NCBI GenBank assembly: GCA_030390025.1 | Contig: CM059432.1 | Span: forward strand, 130,512,001-130,576,000 | DNA: 64,000 bases | Source: Squalus acanthias | Taxonomy: Eukaryota | Direction of reading: 5' to 3' | Shown here: one piece after another, positions 1-11,244 of the stretch | Position numbering within the stretch: the first letter of the stretch is position 1 | Layout of the letters: each line of letters opens with the position of its first letter | Position numbers and translations under genes: made by a program | The notes under the pieces: model-generated | Told to the model about the DNA's origin: nothing | The model's database searches: none | The model's input: only the letters and a program-made list of their open reading frames with translations

Positions 1-2167
1 GCTGCTTAAATGTGAAACATCATTTGCTGACAGCAAAGATTTCAAGCTGTGCAACTTGAGTCAGGCTCCTAACTAATGCACTTTATCCTTTTAAAAATAC
101 TCATTGATCAGCTCATCAGTTTTTCCACTGAAATTGGAGGATTACCAAGGATAAAAGGCCGCAGCGTCTACACTTTTTTCCCCCCCCCAAGATTCTGATT
201 TAGCAAGATCTCTCACTCTGCTTACATTTCCATTCTATAAAGTATTTGGCAATCCAGCACTGTAGTGAGGCTGCTGCAGCAGAGGTTATTTATGCATTAC
301 TTCTGCACAGATGCACGAATCTGCACTAAAGATAGCTTCATACCAGTTAACTGTGTTCAGCTGCTTTTAATAGTAAGAAACAAGCAAATCTCTGTTTGCT
401 TGACTTGTGTTGCACAATCATGTGCCATCCCTCAAGTAGCAAAGCAAGCAAGCAACTCAGCAAATACCATGCTTCCTCTCAAGGTTTCCCCTTCATTGCA
501 GACTTACGTACCCACTCGAGGGAAGAGAATCTTTGCATCAACACAATAATTCAAGATGTTTATCCAATATGGCACTCAATTAATTCCAGACTATCAACCT
601 TAGGCACAAATTTACCACAAATTATGAATGCAGACAGGCTGGCGCTGCTTTGTTGCCCAAGTACATCCATAGAAAAAATATTCACCTACCCTTATTGTAC
701 CTCTGAGGAGGTATACAAGTTAATACGTTTCATTCCAGATAGTCTATGAAAAATATTTACACTAGGCACTTTTAATGGGTATCTTTTCCAATTTAAGACT
801 CATGTTTACTGTTCAATTAGCCGAAGAATTTTTGTTTACACACACAAAAAGTCATTTTATATTGCAACAATAAGTGCACCATGAGGAACAATGCATCACG
901 ATCTACAGCAAAATACATCTATTTTTCATAATTTTTTTTTAGATTATTGCAACTTTTGGTCACTGACAAATTCTAAATTATATGAAGGTTCCATTCGGCT
1001 ACATTTTTGCATTTTTAAGCAAGATGTACAACTTGGGTTGAACGTCAATGATCACTTTCATCAGTGAACCTCAAGAACCCTATGAATCAAAGTGTGCCCT
1101 TAACGGCCCCGTATTTAAGTAGATGTAGCAAGACCTCAGAATCAAACATAAAATTCTCCCCAGTATATTCTGGTTTACTGGACACATGACCTCTTGCACC
1201 GAGACCCAGGCTATAAATCAACAGATAATTTTTTTTAATTAAACAGGTAAATGGACATTTCTCAGCACAAAAATAGTACATGTACAATATTTTACAAACT
1301 TCACTATTATCCTAAAAATATTAAAACAACAAATAAACTTCTCCTGAGCTATGTCTAAACATAAAATTGTTGCTTGATACATGATTTCTGACTTCTTATG
1401 TGGTAAAACACTACCAAAAAGTCACTGATGTAGTTCAGTGTCTCTGCGGGCCTCAGGCAGACTATTGACCAAGTCAGCTAGAAATATTCTAATTACAATA
1501 TGTGGAAGATATATCGGAACAAAGTCCATTAAAAAAGGAACCTTGCATAACAAAAACAGAAAACGTTGGCAACATACAACAGGTCACTCAGCATCTTTGG
1601 AGAGAACAGATAAGTTAACTTTTAGCCTGTGATCAGTTCTGATGAAGGGCTGTATACCTCAATCATATCATAAAAGCACAGAATGATACAGCACAGAAGG
1701 AAGCCATTCGGCCCATCATGCCCGTGCCGGCTCTTTCAAAAAACTATCCAATTAGTCCCATTCCCCTGTCATTTCCCTATAGCCCATAACACAGGCGATG
1801 CTTGGGCCAGGTCTGGATCTCCTGTGGGTCAGATCTCCTGTGGGTCAGAATATTTTGAATTGAATAGCTTGGTCATTTAAATCTATTAACATGATCAAGC
1901 CACTTAACTTCATAGCAATAACTTGTAGCCCCATTATCTATAGCAATCAGCATCTGATGCATAGCAGCCAGCAAGGGTTCGCCCCTGCACATAAATCTGA
2001 TTTTAACCCATTACCATAGCAACAGGAAAAAAGCCAGTAATACAATACCTCAAGTAAAACTGCTTTATTGATCACAAAAATGTTAACCTATCTTTCATTC
2101 TCAGATGCTGATTGATCTATTATGCGTTTCCCCTTTCTGTTTTCATTTCAAATTTCTAGCATTCAAT

Positions 2168-2973
2168 AATATAAACAGAAAATGCTGGAAATACTCAGCA
2201 GGTCAGGCAACATCTGTGGAGAGAGAAACAGAGTTACCGTTTCAGGTCTGTGACCTTTCATCAGAACTGGAAAATGTGGTTTTAAGCAAGTACAGAGGCA
2301 GGAAAAGCGGGTAGGGAGAACAAAAGGGAAGGGCTGTGATAGGGTGGAAAGCAGGAGTGATGTCATAAACAGCAGAATCATTACCAGCACCTGCTGTCTG
2401 GAAAAAAATGGGGGCAGAGGTTATGATCTGAAATTGTTGACCTCTATGTAGAGTCCGAAAGGCTATAAAGTACCTAATCAAAAGATGAGGTGTTGTTCCT
2501 TCAGCATCCGTTGAACTTCATTGGAAGAGTGTAGGAGGCCTAGGACAGAGAGATCAAAATGGGAGTGGGACAGAGAATTAAAGTGGCAAGTGACCGAAGG
2601 CTCAGGGTCACGTTTGCAGATTGAACGGAGGTGTTCAGCAAAGCGATCATCCAATCTGCGTTTGGTCTCGCCAATGTAGAGGAAACTGCATCGTGAGCAA
2701 CGAATACTAAACTGAAAGAAGTACAAGTAAATCGCAGTTCCACCTAGAAGGAATGTTTGGGGCCCTAGACGGTGGGAAGGGAGGAGATAAAAGGGCAGGT
2801 GTCGCATCTCCTGCGCTTGCATGGGAAGAGCCGTGGGAAGGGGAGGGGGTGTTGGAGGTGATGGAAGAGTGGACCAGGGTGTCGCAAAGGGAACGGTCCC
2901 TTCGGAATGCTGAAAGTGGAAGGGAGGGGAAGATGTGTTTGGTAACAGAAAATGCTGGAAATACTCAGCAGTA
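2168..2973 (-). mobile_element. PLE family B 3' fragment (GIY-YIG + pseudo-LTR)
   Basis: SIRCSRCSFLYIGETKRRLDDRFAEHLRS. Mutated hammerhead at 2232-2268. TTCTAGCATTCAAT duplicated at 2154-2167 and 2974-2987. Confidence 0.85.
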
Positions 2974-3274
2974 TTCTAGCATTCAATGTTTATTTTTCTC
3001 TAGCGCAACAAAATCTATAACTTGCCTATGAAGGGTCAATCTGGATAAGAACAAAATGCCCCAATATCGCAATGAATTCCCAGAACCACACCTTTATTTC
3101 CCCATCTGCAGTATATATTTATAGTAACTACACAGATACAAAATGCCACAATTCACAATGACCAACTGATATAGTAAGTAACTTTACCTTATTGTTTGAG
3201 ACACAAATGTTTCAGCAATACATAAAATTCACTGCTTTACAACAACAAAAACTTGCATTTATATAGTGCCTAAC

Positions 3275-3746
3275 GATAGGGTGGAGGACAGGAGTGATTA
3301 AATGACAAACAGGATGATGATGCAAGGCAAAAGGGGGTAGTAATGGGACAACAAAGAAACAAAAGATGGGTCCAGAGATGTTGTAAATGGCAACAGCAGA
3401 ACCATTACCAGCCCCTGCTGTCTGTGAAAATGGAAACGGTGGTTATGATCTGAAGTTGCTGAACTCAATGTTGAGGCCGGAAGGTTATAAAGTGCCTAAT
3501 CGAAAGATGAGGTGCTGTTCCTCTAGCTTGCATGAGCTTCATTGGAACAGCGTAGGAGGCCAAAGACAGAGAGGTCAGTGTGGGAGTGGGACGGAGAATT
3601 AAAATGGCAAGCAACCGGAAGCTCAGGATCACGCTTGCGGACTGAACGGAGGTGTTCCGCAAAGCGGTCACCCAATCTGTGTTTGGTCTCCCCAATGTAG
3701 AGGAGACCGCATCATGAGCAGCGAATATAGTATACTAAATTGAAAG
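3275..3746 (-). mobile_element. PLE family B GIY-YIG fragment
   Basis: Strong similarity to the 2340-2720 and 38245-38700 segments. Confidence 0.8.
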
Positions 3747-3811
3747 ACCACATATTATTGTGTTAGTGGTAGAAACTTGCACCTTGACTTGAGTTTTCTT
3801 CCTCACATATT

Positions 3812-4581
3812 GGCCCGGATTTTGCAGTAATAACGCTAAGTAGCCTCACCACCGTTACTGAGGTAAATCTGACAGCAACTTCTGGCATCCGCATATACAC
3901 AGTTAAACACGCAAATCTGAAAGTTGCTGTCAGAGATACCCCGCTCCTCCACTGGGTGCACTGTTGCAGTCCTCACCGATAGACTCGGCATTGAAATGAC
4001 TGCAACGGTGTGAACTTGCTGTAGTTGCCTACTAGTTCCCCACTAAAGACAGCTGAAAAAGTTAGGGCTGGTGCATTCAGGAATAAATGAGTTTTTAACA
4101 GCATGATAAGTAATAATTACTGCTGAACAACCTCTCTGGCCCTGAAAAATTAATTTTACAAGTGTGGAGTCTCATTCCCTCAGAAGAAAATTAGTGTTAG
4201 AGATTTTTTTTAAGAATTAAAATTAAAATATTTTATTTTTTTACTTTTTCTGTCTGTCTCTTATCTCTCTCCCCCTTAATCCCATCTGTATTTTGCTTTC
4301 TGTACACCATTTAAATCTAATTTATATTTCCTGCTTTATACTTCCTGGTTTGGACTCTGTTTGTCTCAATGAGGATTCTTCAATCTGATTGGTTGAAGAG
4401 CCTCACTTTTTACTTTCCCTGCTCACAGATACCACAAATGCCCTGTAGAGGGTGCCACGCTGGAACAGATGCCAGATTAGAGGAAGTCTGCGCTCTAAAG
4501 ACGGTCAAAACTTTGTGGGCAGCTGTCAGCGAGGTGAATGGCAAGTGCCGCTCCTTCATTGCTGATCGCAAAATCCGGGCC
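3812..4581. mobile_element. MITE / non-autonomous DNA transposon (Harbinger-like GGCC ends)
   Basis: Perfect inverted termini TTGGCCCGGATTTTGC (3810-3825) and GCAAAATCCGGGCCAA (4568-4583). No coding capacity. Confidence 0.75.
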
Positions 4582-4685
4582 AAGTTTATTCTTATTCTTT
4601 CATTCTTTGTAATTTCAGCTTCACACTTTTATCCTTTACTCTTCTGTCAGATCTTAGTGGCTGAATGCAGTGGACATCAAAGTCT

Positions 4686-5340
4686 ATGGGCCCCGACATC
4701 AACCTGGCTGTGGTGCTGAAGACCTGTGCACTGGAACTAGCCGTCTCCACACACCCACACCCACCTCCAAACTATTCCAGTGCAGTTATGACACTGGCAT
4801 CTAGCTAACAGGGTGGGATTGTCCAGGTATGTTTTATCCACAAAAAGCAGGACCAATCTAAGTTGGCAAATTACCACCCCATCAACCTCCTCCCAATAAT
4901 CAGCAAAATGATGGAAGGAGTCATTAATTGTGCTGTCAAGCAACACCGACTCACCAATAACCTTCTTGCCAGACACTTAGTTTGGATTCAGTCAGAAACA
5001 TTCAGCTCCAGACCTCTTCACAGCCTTGAACCAGATATGGATCCAGACATGCCATAGGAGAAGCCAAAGCAATTGTCCTCGACATCAAGACAGCATTTTG
5101 GTACCCAGAAGCCCTACTAAAACTGAGGACAATGAGGATCAAGAGGAAACTCTCCAGTGGCTGTAATCATACCCGACACAAAGGAAGATGATTGGTTATT
5201 GGAGGCCAATCATTGCAGCTCCAAGAGTTTCTTACGGAAGCATCCTCAGCCCAATTTCAGCTGCATTATCAAATATCATCCCACCATCATAAGGTCAGGT
5301 GTGGGGCTGTTCATTAACTATTGCAGTGTTTAGCTCCACT
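4686..5340 (+). mobile_element. Decayed CR1-group/jockey-superfamily LINE RT fragment
   Basis: ANYHPINLLPIISKMMEGVIN is the RT motif NYRPISLL. Multiple frameshifts. Confidence 0.7.
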
Positions 5341-7084
5341 CACCTCTTGGGTGAGTGGTCAATCATCAGATTACTGAGTCTACCACAGAGGATTCACTTA
5401 GTTCCAATCTCCCATCCTCAGGCAAGTCACCTTACAGCCAACCTGACCTCAACAAGGAGGATAATCATTACTTGGCCATTAGACAACTAACAAATGTCAG
5501 TCTAATCCCTCACTAAGCAGATACCAGAACTCCTCCAGATCTTCATGGAGGCAGCACAACTCACTACAAACTGTGCAAATGCATTGCAACCATATTCCTG
5601 AGCACAGCATGAATAATGTACCATACTTCACTGAATTCCACCAATTACAGTTTGTGTACCTCTCTGAAAGCCCAATCAAGGTAAACATCATATACATAAC
5701 ATTAAAAATCTTGCGTGTGTGCATTTCCTGTTTGCAGCACTTGACAACCTGTTGTCACATTTTGTGTGTCAACTTTTTCCATGATATATTCCTATGTCCA
5801 CATTTATTATAGGTTTTGCCCATGTAAAGTCTGACTCCACAATCTGGCCACTGGGTTCACAACATTATCTCAAAATGCTTTCTGAACATTTTTTCATTGC
5901 CATTTTTCCCCTCAGTAAATAAAATTTCTAACCTCGAAAATAAGGGTTTGAACAAAACAAAAAAAATTCAAAAATCAAGTATTTCATAGCAACATGATTA
6001 AAATTTAGCCATTGAATTATCTTTTGTGTCTTTTAATTAATTCATTGAAGTTTTTATTTCAAAGCCTAAGCCTCCCTCGAAAGCCTGAACTTGGAGTTGA
6101 TATTTTTGCCCACAGCTGTGACTTTGAATTGTGTAGTCTGAGCCTGTGCAATGCAGATACATCAGTACCGTTCAGTCAGCTGTACTGATACAATATTTTT
6201 CTTCAGGTTCTTCATCTTCTGCTTAGTAGCTTTCCTTCAAATAATTTTGAAAAACAGAAGGGCAAATTTAAAAACAACTTACATTTATATAGCATAATCA
6301 AAACAAAAACTGACACCGAGCCAAAGGAGTAGAGACGAAAAATCTTGGTGAAAGAATTACATATAATTTTACAGCACAGAACTAGGCGATTCAGCCCAAC
6401 ATGTCTATGCCAGTATTTATGCTCCATACGAGCCTCCTCCCACCTTACTTCATCTCACCCTATCAACATAAAGAGGTAGGTTTTAAGGAGAGTCTTCACG
6501 GTGTAGAAAGACATGGAGAGGCAGAGAGGTTTAGGGAGAAAATTCTAGAGCATAGGGCTTAGACAGCTGAAGGCACAGCCTCAATTGGGGCAAAACTTAT
6601 ATTGAGTGGGGTTTTAGTTCTCAAAAAAATGACTGTGTCCACTGGATGCCTTTTCAATTTAATCTCTAAATCATTTCAGTCAATGGACTATGGTGGCAGA
6701 AATTAGGCACTACAACAATATAGTACAGAATTAATTATCTTTCAAAGAATTACTTTCTGCTAGTTTAGGTCCAAAAATACTCAACATGGACTTATTTTAG
6801 CATTTTTATAATTTCACTTCACACCTGCAAAATTGCAAAGTAATTAATACCTATAAAGTTAAAAGGCAGAGGAGACTTTGTAGCAACTTTTAAGAAACAC
6901 AATCTTCGAGTATTTGTAGCAAAAAGAAATAGGAGGTATGTTTCACTATCAACGGAGGTGGAAAACTGGCAGTTTGAAGTCAATGGAAAGGAAAATCGGG
7001 ATGGGTTGTACAACGGGCAGCCGGTCCGCTACCGCCATTTTGCTGCCACTGTGAAAAGTGAAAAATTGGCCCCATAGTCTTTTA

Positions 7085-8555
7085 TCCTCGCCTTCCTTTT
7101 ACCTTTTGAAACTTGCCATGCAATGGCTGGCCTCCCAATGGAGCATCGATCTTCTCACTATTTCCAGCTACTTAACCTCAGAGCAACTCCGGGTCAAAGC
7201 CAAGTGGCTAAACATCACGTTTCAGAGCTCAACCTGGGAAACAGTGCAAAGCCAATGCCCAGATTGTCATTAAACCTGCTGACAAGGGTGGTGCTGTTGT
7301 TGTTTGGCGTACCGACCTCTACCTAGCGGAAGCTGAACGCCAACTCCAACTCTCTGACACCTCCTCCTCCCTCCTACCTCCACCAGGACCATGACCCCAC
7401 TACCGAACATCAAGCCACCATTTCCAAGACCTCATCTCCTCTGGAGACCTTCCCCCCACGGCCGCCAACCTCATAGTTCCCCAACCCCGCACAGCCCGCT
7501 TCTACCTCCTTCCCAAGATCCACAAACAGGACTGCCCCGGTAGACCCATCGTTTCAGCCTGTTCTTGCCCCACGGAACGTATCTCTTCCTATCTCGACTC
7601 TATTTTTTCTCCCCTTGTCCAGTCTCTTCCCACCGACATCCGCGACTCTTCCGACGCCCTCCGCCACTTTAACAGTTTCCAGGCCCCAACCGCCTCCTTT
7701 TCACTATGGACGTACAATCCCTCCACACCTTCATTCCCCACCAGGATGGTCTGAGGGTGCTCCGCTTCTTCCTTGAACAGAGGCCCAACCAGTCCCCATC
7801 CACCACCACCCTCCTCCGCCTGGCTGAACTTGTTCTTACATTGAACAACTTCTCCTTTGACTCCACCCATTTCCTCCAAATCAAAGGTGTTGCTATGGGT
7901 ACCCACATGGGTCCTAGCTATGCCTGCCTTTTCGTGGGATATGTGGAACACCCTTTGTTCCAGTCCCCTCCCTCACCTCTTTTTCCGGTACATTGATGAC
8001 TGTATCATAGAAGATAGGAGCGGGAGTAGGCCATTCAGCCCCTCGAGCCTGCTCCACCAATCAATGAGATCATGGCTGATCATCCAAATTCAGTACCCTG
8101 TCCCTGCCTTCTCTCCATATCCCTTGATCCCTTTAGCTTTAAGAAATATATCTAACTCCTTCTTGAATATATTTAATGAATTGGCCTCTACTGCCTTCTG
8201 TGGTAGAGAATTCCACAGGTTCACCACTCTCTGGGTGAAGAAATTCCTCCTCATCTCAGTCCTAAATGGCTTACCCCTTATCCTTAGACTGTGACCCCTG
8301 GTTCTGGACCTCCCCAGCCATCGGGAACATCCTTCCTGCATCTAGTCTGTCTAGTCCTGTTAGAATTTTATAAGTTTCAATGAGTATCGGTGCCGTCTCC
8401 TGCTCTCGCCCTGAACTAGAACATTTCATTCACTTTGCTTCCAATTTCCACCCTTCCCTCACCTTCACATGGTCCATCTCTGACTCTTCCCTTCCGTTTC
8501 TCTCTCCACGGATGCTGCCTGGCCTGCTGAGTTTTTCCAGCGTTTTCTGTTGTTA
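7085..8555 (+). mobile_element. PLE family B RT fragment interrupted by a CR1 3' end
   Basis: MDVQSLHTFIPH, IKGVAMGTHMGPSYACLFVG and FFRYIDDCI, continuing after 8384 as GAVSCSRPELEHFIHFASNFHPSLTFT. Confidence 0.85.
8007..8383 (-). mobile_element. CR1 LINE 3' end
   Basis: SRTRGHSLRIRGKPFRTEMRRNFFTQRVVNLWNSLP plus CR1 3' UTR. A short GTATC duplication flanks it. Confidence 0.9.
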
Positions 8556-9058
8556 TCCCAGATTAGTAGGTCTCCCATCGGCACTGTATGGTTTGTTTTC
8601 CATTTTAATTAAAGGAAGAGTACTTAACTCCATGAATTAAATAATACAGTAACTTTACAACCTTATTGTCTAATATTCACTTGGCCTTTGTCTTTTTCAT
8701 CTTTCCACATTTTTTTTGTTTAAATAGTGAACATTGATGAGATCAGGATTTGGAGAAGTTAATCAGGTCAAATGTGCATGGAAGCTGAATTCAAGTACAG
8801 CAGATAAAATGGCACGAATCACCAAAACATCTGACTTTTGACTGTACCTTTACTGATGATACTTCAGCTCTCCATTCCATTCAGCTCAGTAACACATCTA
8901 CCAGTTTTCCTAATGAGATCACCAGCATTGTTTCTATACAAAATCAGGCATATAGCCAATGTGAACATGTCCTACCAATTTGTGGTGCTCCAAGAAAACA
9001 GGAGAACATGATTTTAAATTATGACTAATGAAGCGACAGGGAAGAAATAATTTTGAGA

Positions 9059-9215
9059 GGACCTGAGCGGGAGCGGCGGCTGTATAAAAGGAGAGGCGGA
9101 GAAGGCCCACGACAGAGCATGGACCTGAGCGAGAGCGGCGGCAGCATAAAGGGAGAGGCAGAGAAGACCCAGGACAGAGCATGGATCTGAGCGGCGGCAG
9201 CAGCATAAAGGGAGC
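9059..9215 (+). repeat. About 2.5 tandem 62-bp GC-rich monomers at the CR1 5' end
   Basis: Units start GGACCTGAGCG or GGATCTGAGCG at 9059, 9121 and 9183. Confidence 0.8.
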
Positions 9216-9336
9216 TGAGTGGCAATTCAAAAAAAAACACAAGGAGTGATGTCACAGGATAGATGGTAACTGACTGGTTAGCAGCCGGGGTTAAATAGCT
9301 GGTTAGGGATAAAGCAGGAGCTTGAAGATTAGTAAC

Positions 9337-10216
9337 TTTTTTGTTTATTCGTTTATGGGATGTGGGCGTCGCTGGCAAGGTCAGCATTTATTGCCCATCC
9401 CTAATTGCCCTTGAGAAAGTGGTGGTGAGCCGCCTTATTGAACCGCTGCAGTCCGTGTGGTGAAGGTACTCCCACAGTGCTGTTAGGTCGAGAGTGCCAG
9501 GATTTTGACCCAGCGACGATGAAGGATCGGCGATATATTTCCAAGTCAGGATGGTGTGTGACTTGGAGGGGAACTTGGAGGTGGTGGTGTTCTCATGCGC
9601 CTGCTGCCCTTGTCCTTCTAGGTGGAAGAGGTTGCGGGTTTAGGAGGTGCTGCTGAAGAAGCCTTGGTGAGTTGCTGCAGTGCATCTTGTAGATGGTACA
9701 CACTGCAGCCACGGTATGCTGGTGGTGGAGGGAGTGAAGGCTTAAGGTTGTGGATGGGGTGCCAATCAAGCGGGCTGCTTTGTCCTGGATGGTGTCGAGC
9801 TTCTTGAGTGTTGTTGGAGCTGCACTCATCCAGGCAAGTGGAGAGTATTCCATCACACTCCTTACTTGTGCCTTGTAGATGGTGGAAAGGCTTTGGAGAG
9901 TCAGGAGGTGAGACACTCGCCGCAGAATACCTAGCCTCTGACCTGCTCTTGTTGCCACGGTATTTATGTGGCTGATCCAGTTAAGTTTCTGGTCAATGGT
10001 GACCCCCAGGATGTTGATGGTGGGGGATTCGGCGATAGTAATACCATTGACTATAAAGGGGAGGTGGTTAGACTCTCGCTTGTTGGAGATAGTCATTGCC
10101 TGGCACTTCTGTGGCGCGAATGTTACCTGCTACTCATCAGCCCAAGCCTGAACGTCGTCCAGGTCTTGTTGCATGCGGGCATGGACTGCTTCATTATCTG
10201 AGGAGTTGTGAATGGC
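9337..10216 (-). mobile_element. 3' end of a different CR1-group LINE inserted in the CR1 5' UTR
   Basis: ILGVTIDQKLNWISHINTVATRAGQRLGILRR...IYKAQVRSVMEYSPLAW is a LINE ORF2 C-terminal region. Clade not determined. Confidence 0.85.
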
Positions 10217-10329
10217 TATACTATATTAAATTAGAAACTGTTAATACTATATTATATTAATAACTTGAATTAGATACATCATAGTCTTAAGTTTCTGTAA
10301 AGTTAGTTAACAGTCGAATAAATAAAGGC

Positions 10330-11244
10330 ATGGCAGGGCAGCTCAGTTCAGCGGAATGCACATCCTGTGCCATGTGGAAACTCCAGGATGCTTCCCGTGT
10401 CCTGGACAACCACCTATGGAGGAAGTGTCGTCAGCTGGAGGACCTCGAGCTCGGGGTTTCGGAGCTTGAACAGCAGCTGGCGTTACTGAGGTGCATCCGT
10501 GAGGCTGAGAGCTACGTGGATAGCACGTTTCAGGAGGTGGTCACCCCGCAGTTAAGGAGTGCACAGGCAGAGAGGGAATGGATGACCGCCAGACAGAAGA
10601 GGAGGACCAGGCAGATAGTGCAGGAGTCCCCTGAGTGCATCTCGCTCTCCAACCAGTATTCTGTTTTGAGTACTGGTGAGGGCGATGGTTCCTCTGGGGA
10701 GTACAGCCAGAGCCAAGTCCACGGCAGGCTCAGCTGTACAGAGGGGAGGAGGAAGATAGGGAAAGCAATAGTGGTAGGGGATTCGATAGTTAGGGGAGCA
10801 GACAGGCGTTTCTGCGGCCGCAGACGTGACTCCAGGATGGTATGTTGCTTCCCTGGTGCCAGGATTAAGGATGTCACCGAGCAGCTGCAGAACATTCTGA
10901 GGGGGGAGGGTGAACAGCCAGAGGTCGTGGTCTATATCGGTACCAGCGACATAGGTAGAAAGAGGAATGAGGTCCTGCAGGCAGATTTCAGGGAGCTAGG
11001 AAAGAGATTAAAAAGCAGGACCTCAAAGGTAGTAATCTCTGGATTACTCCCGGTGCCACGCGTGAGTGAATATAGAAATAGGAGGATAGAGCAGATGAAT
11101 GCATGGCTGGAGAGATGGTGCAGGAGGGAGGGCTTGATTCCTGGAGCATTGGGGCCGGTTCTGAGGGAGGTGCGACTTGTACAGGCCGGATGGGTTGTAC
11201 CTCAACAGAGCCGGTACCAATATCCTCGCGGGGAGGTTTGCTAG
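10330..11244 (+). pseudogene. CR1 ORF1 (N-terminal Cys motif/coiled coil + SGNH esterase domain), C-terminus frameshifted
   Basis: ECTSCAMW...RKCRQLEDLELGVSELEQQLALL, followed by the esterase block IVVGDSIVRG...CCFPGARIKDV...VYIGTSDI. Confidence 0.85.
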
